Source of the DNA: Laetmonice hystrix
Lineage: Eukaryota
Length of the DNA stretch: 64,000 bases
NCBI GenBank assembly: GCA_965235115.1
Contig: OZ249436.1
Span: 3,784,001-3,848,000, forward strand
Reading direction: 5' to 3'
Numbering within the stretch: the stretch's first letter is position 1; each line of letters starts with the position of its first letter. Made by a program: the position numbers and the translations under genes. Shown one piece after another: positions 12,651 to 23,545 of the stretch. The notes under the pieces were generated by a model, which worked only from the letters and a program-made list of their open reading frames with translations, made no database searches and was not told the DNA's origin.

Positions 12651-12971
12651 ATGGCTCCAGCTGATAAACTCATCTCTGAGATGCGCCAGATGGACCGCAA
12701 GTTCAAGGTGGCCTGTCAGCAAATCAATCTCCTCAACAAACGTATCAAGGAAATGAAAATCAAATACGACCGTGCCGTCCGCAAGAACCGCCGCTCCTTC
12801 CGCTACCACAACCGCCTCCGTCTGGTCACCCTGGAGGGAGTGAGGAACATGTTCTGGGAGTATGCCAACAGCCGTGCCGACCTCCTGGACGATATGCAGG
12901 GCCGCCTCATGGAGGAGTTTCAGGTCGACTGGGAGGAGGTGTGCGAGGGCAATGACGACCAGCACCAGTGA
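12651..12971 (+). CDS. Array gene copy 6 (short unit)
   Basis: Intact 106-codon ORF. Confidence 0.85.
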   Translation: MAPADKLISEMRQMDRKFKVACQQINLLNKRIKEMKIKYDRAVRKNRRSFRYHNRLRLVTLEGVRNMFWEYANSRADLLDDMQGRLMEEFQVDWEEVCEGNDDQHQ

Positions 12972-13629
12972 AGAGAACCATTCTCTCACACAAACCTACA
13001 CGGCCCTTGTCAGGGCCACACTCTGTCTCAAAAGAATTGATGATTGTTATTTTGTTTTGACTCCTGTCTTTCATGACTCTTCTCAGCTCCCTTTTAGTTC
13101 CCCCAATGAACCATCCTTTGTATTCCATGCAGTAATGCGGGTGTAATGCGCCGAGTTGATCGAGCACGGCATGGTCAGGTACTTTGGCGTCCTCTATCGG
13201 AAGGGGCGTAAACTTGATGGTCGCGGAATTTGGCTCACTATGAACACGGTGGCGACCTCTTACGGAGGGAGTACTAAGTAGACGTAGGGCTGAACAATTT
13301 AACGCCATGAGATAAAAAGACAGTGATGTAATTATCCGATTGGGCGAGAACTGCTATCGGCTTCTAATGACTTCACGCCAAATTCGAAAATAGGCGACCA
13401 TGCTGGCAGGGCTACAGCGTCTAGATCTAACACATTTGTCAGGTGTCAACTGAGCGACTAGCTCAGAGTGAGCACCCTTTATTGCACCTCACGACCGCCT
13501 CTTGACATCAACACTCACCTCCACACTGATTCTTTCCCACCATATATTACGGGCACCAGGATTACTTGGAAACAATCATCGTTCAGCTATCAGCTTGCAA
13601 CAATTCACTCAGAATATTTTACTACAATC

Positions 13630-13950
13630 ATGGCTCCAGTTGATAAACTCATCTCTGAGATGCGCCAGATGGACCGCAAGTTCAAGGTGGCCTGTCAGCA
13701 AATCAATCTCCTCAACAAACGTATCAAGGAAATGAATACCAAATACGACCGTGCCGTCCGCAAGAACCGCCGCTCCTTCCGCTACCACAACCGCCTCCGT
13801 CTGGTCACCCTGGAGGGAGTGAGGAACATGTTCTGGGAGTACGCCAACAGTCGTGCCGACCTCCTGGACGATATGGAGGACCGCCTAATGGAGGAGTTTC
13901 AGGTGGACTGGGAGGAGGTATGCGAGGATGAGGACGACCAGCACCAGTGA
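13630..13950 (+). CDS. Array gene copy 7
   Basis: Intact 106-codon ORF. Confidence 0.85.
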   Translation: MAPVDKLISEMRQMDRKFKVACQQINLLNKRIKEMNTKYDRAVRKNRRSFRYHNRLRLVTLEGVRNMFWEYANSRADLLDDMEDRLMEEFQVDWEEVCEDEDDQHQ

Positions 13951-15923
13951 AGAAAACCATTCTCTCACACAAACCTACACGGCCCTTGTCAGGGCCACAC
14001 TCTGTCTCAAAAGAATCGATGATTGTTATTTTGTTTTGACTCCTGTCTTTCATGACTCTTCTCAGCTCCCTTTTAGTTCCCCCAATGAACCATCCTTTGT
14101 AATCCATGTGGAAACAGAACGAAGTCATCCGAGAATGATTAAAAGAAAAGACCATCGCCAGCCTGTATAGGCCAGGCACACATGACGTGATATTCTAAGC
14201 AAGTTAAAAAATATTTGAACACAATTGGTGCTCAGATGGTTAAGATATAGGCACTTTAGTGCCGGAGGCTTCTTACAACCTGCTCAGCTGGTTAAGGCTG
14301 CCATTCCTTGGGCTAATCTCAAAGTGCGCATGCTCGCCTTAGGCGAGCATGCGCAGCACGACTGCTCTCCGGTTTGGGAGGAACTGAAAGCTGACGCACC
14401 TGTTACGTTGATCGATTTGGAAGGCAGCGAACATTGACAGCTTATAAGCAAAATTTGTTAGAACATAGACGAAAACCACCGATAGTGATGAGGAATGGCT
14501 AGGAAAAGCCTACCGATGTCAGGGGACATATCCGGGTAGACACGGATCTGGGCAGCCATGGGTTTCGGCCGCCTGCATTCGTACCACTTGGATTCGTGCA
14601 TGCGTGTGAATGTTGACGGGAGCTTGGCCCCTGAGGCCCGGCTCCACTCTGACTACGACCGCGGGCAATGGCAGTGTCATCATGGTCAGCACAGACCTGC
14701 TGCGTTTAGTTGTGACTGTGACTGTGACTGTGGAACTGACCCCCGTCGATTTGCCACCCGCCTCGGCTGCCTTTAGCCTAGTATAGCCTAGCCGTGCCAT
14801 GCAAAAAATTAGCCCTGGAACGTCACTTCCGGTCAGCCCAATAGCAACAAATGGCTGCGCTGCTGAAGCCAGTGATTTTGACACGGTTGTCATGTTCAAT
14901 ATATGACTTCTTGGAATAGGGGGACATTTATTTCCAACCACTACTCTGAAAGGTGAGTATATATAGAGGCCTTGCAGCTGTCCAAATGTGATTTTTGACT
15001 GGTCTTCTCCTTTAAAAAAGAATTTCATACCGTGCCTCTATAACAGTAGGCCTACATTAAATGGCATGCCAGTTATATTGCAAGAATTTAGATCCCTGTA
15101 CTCCGATATAATTAAATATTTTGAAAAGAAGATAGTAAAAAGTAACCAACTTCGTATCAATTTCTATATTCTTGCCTCCCTCTATGTGCCCCCTTTTCTA
15201 TTCTTGGACAGTTTCTAGTGCTTGGCCACGCATTGTTGCCTGGCTTTTCTCTTTGCAGGCGGCCTAGGCTATAGACACAAACACATTAATAATGTTCACA
15301 AATTCAACAGTATCCATACGATTTTGAATCTATATCATATTATAATCCTAATGAAAAGCAAGGTTAAGACAATGAATGAAATATAACACTTTCGTGGGAA
15401 GACAGAGCTGATAGCTTTTAGGCGGGTGTAATGCGCTGAGTTGATCGAGCACGGCATGGTCAGGTACTTTGGCGTCCTCTATCGGAAGGGGCGTAAACTT
15501 GATGGTCGCGGAATTTGGCTCACTATGAACACGGTGGCGACCTCTTACGGAGGGAGTTACTAAGTAGACTGAAGTCACAAGACGTAGGGCTGAACGAATT
15601 AACGGCATGAGATAAAAAGACAGTGATGTAATTATCCGATTGGGCGAGAACTGCTACCGGCTTCTGATGACTTCACGCCAAATTCGAAAATAGGCGGCCA
15701 TGCTGTCAGGGCTACAGCATCTAACACATTTGTCAGGTGTCAACTGAGTGACTAGCTCAGAGTGAGCACCCTTTATCGCACCTCACGACCGCCTCTTGCC
15801 ATCAACACTCACCTCCACACTAATTCTTTCCCACCATATATTACGGGCACCAGCATTACTTGGAAACAATCATCATTAAGCCTTCAGCTTGCAACAATTC
15901 ACTCAGAATATTTTACTACAGTC

Positions 15924-16243
15924 ATGGCTCCAGTTGATAAACTCATCTCTGAGATGCGCCAGATGGACTGCAAGTTCAAGGTGGCCTGTCAGCAAATCAA
16001 TCTCCTCAACAAACGTATCAAGGAAATGAAGACCAAATACGACCGTGCCGTCCGCAACAACCGCCGCACCTTCCGCTACCACAACCGCCTCCGTCTGGTC
16101 ACCCTGGAGGGAGTGAGGAACATGTTCTGGGAGTACACCAACAGCCGTGCCGACCTCCTGGACGATATGCAGGACGCCTCATGGAGGAGTTTCAGGTGGA
16201 CTGGGAGGAGGTATGCGAGGATGAGGACGACCAGCACCAGTGC
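15924..16243 (+). pseudogene. Array gene copy 8, frameshifted: 1-bp deletion near 16175 (aggacgcctc vs aggaccgcctc) and original stop changed TGA>TGC; the shifted frame reads to 16463
   Basis: Comparison with sibling copies; an assembly error is possible. Confidence 0.7.
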
Positions 16244-18218
16244 AGAAAACCATTCTCTCACACAAACCTACACGGCCCTTGTCAGGGCCACACTCTGTCT
16301 CAAAAGAATCGATGATTGTTATTTTGTTTTGACTCCTGTCTTTCATGACTCTTCTCAGCTCCCTTTTAATTCCCCCAATGAACCATCCTTTGTAATCCAT
16401 GTGGAAACAGAACGAAGTCGTCCGAGAATGATTAAAAGAAAAGACCATCGCCAGCCTGTATAGGCCAGTCACACATGCCGTGATATCTAAGCAAGTTAAA
16501 AAATATTTGAACACAATTGGTGCTCAGATGGTTAAGATATAGGCACTTTAGTGCCGGAGGCTTCTTACAACCTGCTCAGCTGGTTAAGGCTGCCATTCCT
16601 TGGGCTAATCTCAAAGTGCGCATGCTCGCCCGCCCTAGGCGAGCATGCGCAGCACGACTGCTCTCCAGTTTGGGAGGAACTGAAAGCTGACGCACCTGTT
16701 ACGTTGATCGATTTGGAAGGCAGCGAACATTGACAGCTTATAAGCAAAATTTGTTAGAACATAGACGAAAACCATCGATAGTGATGAGGAATGGCTAGGA
16801 AAAGCCTACCGATGTCAGGGGACATATCCGGGTAGACACGGATCTGGGCAGCCGTGGGTTTCGGCCGCCTGCATTCGTCCCACTTGGATTCGTGCATGCG
16901 TGTGAATGTTGACGGGAGCTTGGCCCCTGAGGCCCGGCTCCACTCTGACTACGACCGCGGGCAATGGCAGTGTCAGCATGGTCAGCACAGACCTGCTGCG
17001 TTTAGTTGTGACTGTGACTGTGACTGTGGGACTGACCCCCGTCGATTTGCCACCCGCCTCGGCTGCCTTTAGCCTAGTATAGCCTAGCAGTGCAATGCAA
17101 AAAATTAGCCCTGGAACGTCACTTCCGGTCAGCCCAATAGCAACAAATGGCTGCGCCGCTGAAGCCAGTGATTTTGACACGGTTGTCATGTTCAATATAT
17201 GACTTCTTGGAATAGGGGGACATTTATTTCCAACCACTACTCTGAAAGGTGAGTATATATAGAGGCCTTGCAGCTGTCCAAATGTGATTTTTGACTGGTC
17301 TTCTCCTTTAAAAAAGAATTTCATACCGTGCCTCTATAACACTAGGCCTACATTAAATGGCATGCCAGTTATATTGCAAGAATTTAGATCCCTGTACTCC
17401 GATATAATTAAATATTTTGAAAAGAAGATAGTAAAAAGTAACCAACTTCGTATCAATTTCTATATTCTTGCCTCCCTCTATGTGCCCCCTTTTCTATTCT
17501 TGGACAGTTTCTAGTGCTTGGCCACGCATTGTTGCCTGGCTTTTCTCTTTGCAGGCGGCCTAGGCTATAGACACAAACACATTAATAATGTTCACAAATT
17601 CAACAGTATCCATACGATTTTGAATCTATATCATATTATAATCCTAATGAAAAGCAAGGTTAAGACAATGAATGAAATATAACACATTCGTGGGAAGACA
17701 GAGCTGATAGCTTTTAGGCGGGTGTAATGCGCTGAGTTGATCGAGCACGGCATGGTCAGGTACTTTGGCGTCCTCTATCGGAAGGGGCGTAAACTTGATG
17801 GTCGCGGAATTTGGCTCACTATGAACACGGTGGCGACCTCTTACGGAGGGAGTTACTAAGTAGAATGAAGTCACAAGACGTAGGGCTGAACGAATTAACG
17901 CCATGAGATAAAAAGACAGTGATGTAATTATCCGATTGGGCGAGAACTGCTACCGGCTTCTAATGACTTCACGCCAAATTTGAAAATAGGCGGCCATGCT
18001 GTCAGGGCTACAGCGTCTAACACATTTGTCAGGTGTCAACTGAGTGACTAGCTCAGAGTGAGCACCCTTTTCGCACCTCACGACCGCCTCTTGCCATCAA
18101 CACTCACCTCTACACTAATTCTTTCCCACCATATATTACGGGCACCAGCATTACTTGGAAACTATCATCGTTAAGCCTTCAGCTTGCAACAATTCACTCA
18201 GAATATTTTACTACAGTC

Positions 18219-18539
18219 ATGGCTCCAGTTGATAAACTCATCTCTGAGATGCGCCAGATGGACTGCAAGTTTAAGGTGGCCTGTCAGCAAATGAATCTCC
18301 TCAACAAACGTATCAAGGAAATGAAGACCAAATACGACCGTGCCGTCCGCAACAACCGCCGCACCTTCCGCTACCACAACCGCCTCCGTCTGGTCACCCT
18401 GGAGGGAGTGAGGAACATGTTCTGGGAGTACGCCAACAGCCGTGCCGACCTCCTGGACGATATGCAGGACCGCCTCATGGAGGAGTTTCAGGTGGACTGG
18501 GAGGAGGTATGCGAGGATGAGGACGACCAGCACCAGTGA
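18219..18539 (+). CDS. Array gene copy 9
   Basis: Intact 106-codon ORF; a 1-bp deletion upstream breaks the GTG extension, which supports the ATG start. Confidence 0.85.
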   Translation: MAPVDKLISEMRQMDCKFKVACQQMNLLNKRIKEMKTKYDRAVRNNRRTFRYHNRLRLVTLEGVRNMFWEYANSRADLLDDMQDRLMEEFQVDWEEVCEDEDDQHQ

Positions 18540-20518
18540 AGAAAACCATTCTCTCACACAAACCTACACGGCCCTTGTCAGGGCCACACTCTGTCTCAAA
18601 AGAATCGATGATTGTTATTTTGTTTTGACTCCTGTCTTTCATGACTCTTCTCAGCTCCCTTTTAGTTCCCCCAATGAACCATCCTTTGTAATCCATGTGG
18701 AAACAGAACGAAGTCGTCCGAGAATGATTAAAAGAAAAGACCATCGCCAGCCTGTATAGGCCAGGCACACATGCCGTGATATTCTAAGCAAGTTAAAAAA
18801 TATTTGAACACAATTGGTGCTCAGATGGTTAAGATATAGGCACTTTAGTGCCGGAGGCTTCTTACAACCTGCTCAGCTGGTTAAGGCTGCCATTCCTTGG
18901 GCTAATCTCAAAGTGCGCATGCTCGCCCTAGGCGAGCATGCGCAGCACGACTGCTCTCCAGTTTGGGAGGAACTGAAAGCTGACGCACCTGTTACGTTGA
19001 TCGATTTGGAAGGCAGCGAACATTGACAGCTTATAAGCATAATTTGTTAGAACATAGACGAAAACCATCGATAGTGATGAGGAATGGCTAGGAAAAGCCT
19101 ACCGATGTCAGGGGACATATCCGGGTAGACACGGATCTGGGCAGCCATGGGTTTCGGCCGCCTGCATTCGTCCCACTTGGATTCGTGCATGCGTGTGAAT
19201 GTTGACGGGAGCTTGGCCCCTGAGGCCCGGCTCCACTCTGACTACGACCGCGGGCAATGGCAGTGTCAGCATGGTCAGCACAGACCTGCTGCGTTTAGTT
19301 GTGACTGTGACTGTGACTGTGACTGTGGAACTGACCCCCGTCGATTTGCCACCCGCCTCGGCTGCCTTTAGCCTAGTATAGCCTAGCCGTGCCATGCAAA
19401 AAATTAGCCCTGGAACGTCACTTCCGGTCAGCCCAATAGCAACAAATGGCTGCGCTGCTGAAGCCAGTGATTTTGACACGGTTGTCATGTTCAATATATG
19501 ACTTCTTGGAATAGGGGGACATTTATTTCCAACCACTACTCTGAAAGGTGAGTATATATAGAGGCCTTGCAGCTGTCCAAATGTGATTTTTGACTGGTCT
19601 TCTCCTTTGAAAAAGAATTTCATACCGTGCCTCTATAACAGTAGGCCTACATTAAATGGCATGCCAGTTATATTGCAAGAATTTAGATCCCTGTACTCCG
19701 ATATAATTAAATATTTTGAAAAGAAGATAGTAAAAAGTAACCAACTTCGTATCAATTTCTATATTCTTGCCTCCCTCTATGTGCCCCCTTTTCTATTCTT
19801 GGACAGTTTCTAGTGCTTGGCCACGCATTGTTGCCTGGCTTTTCTCTTTGCAGGCGGCCTAGGCTATAGACACAAACACATTAATAATGTTCACAAATTC
19901 AACAGTATCCATACGATTTTGAATCTATATCATATTATAATCCTAATGAAAAGCAAGGTTAAGACAATGAATGAAATATAACACTTTCGTGGGAAGACAG
20001 AGCTGATAGCTTTTAGGCGGGTGTAATGCGCTGAGTTGATCGAGCACGGCATGGTCAGGTACTTTGGCGTCCTCTATCGGAAGGGGCGTAAACTTGATGG
20101 TCGCGGAATTTGGCTCACTATGAACACGGTGGCGACCTCTTACGGAGGGAGTTACTAAGTAGAATGAAGTCACAAGACGTAGGGCTGAACGAATTAACGC
20201 CATGAGATAAAAAGACAGTGATGTAATTATCCGATTGGGCGAGAACTGCTACCGGCTTCTAATGACTTCACGCCAAATTCGAAAATAGGCGGCCATGCTG
20301 TCAGGGCTACAGCATCTAACACATTTGTCAGGTGTCAACTGAGTGACTAGCTCAGAGTGAGCACCCTTTATCGCACCTCACGACCGCCTCTTGCCATCAA
20401 CACTCACCTCCACACTAATTCTTTCCCACCATATATTACGGGCACCAGCATTACTTGGAAACAACCATCGTTAAGCCTTCAGCTTGCAACAATTCACTCA
20501 GAATATTTTACTACAGTC

Positions 20519-20839
20519 ATGGCTCCAGTTGATAAACTCATCTCTGAGATGCGCCAGATGGACTGCAAGTTCAAGGTGGCCTGTCAGCAAATCAATCTCC
20601 TCAACAAACGTATCAAGGAAATGAAGACCAAATACGACCGTGCCGTCCGCAACAACCGCCGCACCTTCCGCTACCACAACCGCCTCCGTCTGGTCACCCT
20701 GGAGGGAGTGAGGAACATGTTCTGGGAGTACGCCAACAGCCGTGCCGACCTCCTGGACGATATGCAGGACCGCCTCATGGAGGAGTTTCAGGTGGACTGG
20801 GAGGAGGTATGCGAGGATGAGGACGACCAGCACCAGTGA
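20519..20839 (+). CDS. Array gene copy 10
   Basis: Intact 106-codon ORF. Confidence 0.85.
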   Translation: MAPVDKLISEMRQMDCKFKVACQQINLLNKRIKEMKTKYDRAVRNNRRTFRYHNRLRLVTLEGVRNMFWEYANSRADLLDDMQDRLMEEFQVDWEEVCEDEDDQHQ

Positions 20840-22798
20840 AGAAAACCATTCTCTCACACAAACCTACACGGCCCTTGTCAGGGCCACACTCTGTCTCAAA
20901 AGAATCGATGATTGTTATTTTGTTTTGACTCCTGTCTTTCATGACTCTTCTCAGCTCCCTTTTAGTTCCCCCAATGAACCATCCTTTGTAATCCATGTGG
21001 AAACAGAACGAAGTCGTCCGAGAATGATTAAAAGAAAAGACCATCGCCAGCCTGTATAGGCCAGGCACACATGCCGTAATATTCTAAGCAAGTTAAAAAA
21101 TATTTGAACACAATTGGTGCTCAGATGGTTAAGATATAGGCACTTTAGTGCCGGAGGCTTCTTACAACCTGCTCAGCTGGTTAAGGCTGCCATTCCTTGG
21201 GCTAATCTCAAAGTGCGCATGCTCGCCCTAGGCGAGCATGCGCAGCACGACTGCTCTCCAGTTTGGGAGGAACTGAAAGCTGACGCACCTGTTACGTTGA
21301 TCGATTTGGAAGGCAGCGAACATTGACAGCTTATAAGCAAAATTTGTTAGAACATAGACGAAAACCATCGATAGTGATGAGGAATGGCTAGGAAAAGCCT
21401 ACCGATGTCAGGGGACATATCCGGGTAGACACGGATCTGGGCAGCCGTGGGTTTCGGCCGCCTGCATTCGTACCACTTGGATTCGTGCATGCGTGTGAAT
21501 GTTGACGGGAGCTTGGCCCCTGAGGCCCGGCTCCACTCTGACTACGACCGCGGGCAATGGCAGTGTCAGCATGGTCAGCACAGACCTGCTGCGTTTAGTT
21601 GTGACTGTGACTGTGACTGTGGAACTGACCCCCGTCGATTTGCCACCCGCCTCGGCTGCCTTTAGCCTAGTATAGCCTAGTCGTGCCATGCAAAAAATTA
21701 GCCCTGGAACGTCACTTCCGGTCAGCCCAATAGCAACAAATGGCTGCGCTGCTGAAGCCAGTGATTTTGACACGGTTGTCATGTTCAATATATGACTTCT
21801 TGGAATAGGGGGACATTTATTTCCAACCACTACTCTGAAAGGTGAGTATATATAGAGGCCTTGCAACTGTCCAAATGTGTTTTTTGACTGGTCTTCTCCT
21901 TTAAAAAAGAATTTCATGCCGTGCCTCTATAAAAGTAGGCCTACATTAAATGGCATGCCAGTTATATTGCAAGAATTTAGATCCCTGTACTCCGATATAA
22001 TTAAATATTTTGAAAAGAAGATAGTAAAAAGTAACCAACTTCGTATCAATTTCTATATTCTTGCCTCCCTCTATGTGCCCCCTTTTCTATTCTTGGACAG
22101 TTTCTAGTGCTTGGCCACGCATTGTTGCCTGGCTTTTCTCTTTGCAGGCGGCCTATAGACACGAACACATTAGGCCTAATAATGTTCACAAATTCAACAG
22201 TATCCATACGATTTTGAATCTATATCATATTATAATCCTAATGAAAAGCAAGGTTAAGACAATGAATGAAATATAACACATTCGTGGGAAGACAGAGCTG
22301 ATAGCTTTTAGGCGGGTGTAATGCGCTGAGTTGATCGAGCACGGCATGGTCAGGTACTTTGGCGTCCTCTATCGGAAGGGGCGTAAACTTGATGGTCGCG
22401 GAATTTGGCTCACTATGAACACGGTGGCGACCTCTTACGGAGGGAGTACTAAGTAGACGTAGGGCTGAACGAATTAACGCCATGAGATAAAAAGACAGTG
22501 ATGTAATTATCCGATTGGGCGAGAACTGCTACCGGCTTCTAATGACTTCACGCCAAATTCGAAAATAGGCGGCCATGCTGTCAGGGCTACAGCGTCTAAC
22601 ACATTTGTCAGGTGTCAACTGAGTGACTAGCTCAGAGTGAGCACCCTTTATCCCACCTCACGACCGCCTCTTGCCATCAACACTCACCTCCACACTGATT
22701 CTTTCCCACCATATATTACGGGCACCAGCATAACTTGGAAACAATCATCGTTAAGCTTTCAGCTTGCAACAATTCACTCAGAATATTTTACTACAGTC

Positions 22799-23119
22799 AT
22801 GGCTCCAGTTGATAAACTCATCTCTGAGATGCGCCAGATGGACCGCAAGTTCAAGGTGGCCTGTCAGCAAATCAATCTCCTCAACAAACGTATCAAGGAA
22901 ATGAATACCAAATACGACCGTGCCGTCCGCAACAACCGCCGCACCTTCCGCTACCACAACCGCCTCCGTCTGGTCACCCTAGAGGGAGTGAGGAACATGT
23001 TCTGGGAGTACGCCAACAGCCGTGCCGACCTCCTGGACGATATGCAGGACCGCCTCATGGAGGAGTTTCAGGTCGACTGGGAGGAGGTGTGCGAGGGCAA
23101 TGACGACCAGCACCAGTGA
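22799..23119 (+). CDS. Array gene copy 11 (ORF intact; 5' half of the stem-loop deleted)
   Basis: 3' UTR reads aaacctac-tcagggccaca and lacks acggcccttg. Confidence 0.75.
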   Translation: MAPVDKLISEMRQMDRKFKVACQQINLLNKRIKEMNTKYDRAVRNNRRTFRYHNRLRLVTLEGVRNMFWEYANSRADLLDDMQDRLMEEFQVDWEEVCEGNDDQHQ

Positions 23120-23455
23120 AGAAAACCATTCTCTCACACAAACCTACTCAGGGCCACACTCTGTCTCAAAAGAATCGATGATTGTTATTTTGTTTTGACT
23201 CCTGTCTTTCATGACTCTTCTCAGCTCCCTTTTAGTTCCCCCAATGAACCATCCTTTGTTATCCATGCAGTAGGCCAAATTCCGCGACCATCAAGTTTAC
23301 GCCCCTTCCGATAGAGGACGCCAAAGTACCTGACCATGCATGAGTGCCCGCAAAAGAGATGTCAAGATTTTAGTGCAGGCTGTTAAATACAGATGTCGCT
23401 TTCGTTTGAGCTAAATGGAACTCTTCAAAGCCTGTTGGGAGGTAAGAAAGGATTG

Positions 23456-23470
23456 TGGCGGGAAGTTGAA
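23456..23470 (+). promoter_or_regulatory. E2F / CDE-CHR-like element TGGCGG-GAAG-TTGAA upstream of the CENP-U-like gene
   Basis: GGCGG, 4-nt spacer and TTGAA resemble the CDE/CHR layout of cell-cycle promoters; ~80 bp before the ATG. Confidence 0.5.
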
Positions 23471-23545
23471 CTGTTGTGGGCGAGTGTAAAAGAATCAAAA
23501 CATTCATTCGTTTCGTTGATTACTGAGCAGCGATTACCACCATCG

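Larger units (their letters stand above)
4140..23339 (+). repeat. Tandem gene array, 11 units; ATG-to-ATG spacings 1410, 2293, 2278, 973, 974, 979, 2294, 2295, 2300, 2280 bp
   Basis: The same promoter, ORF and 3' stem-loop cassette recurs 11 times at high identity. Confidence 0.97.
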
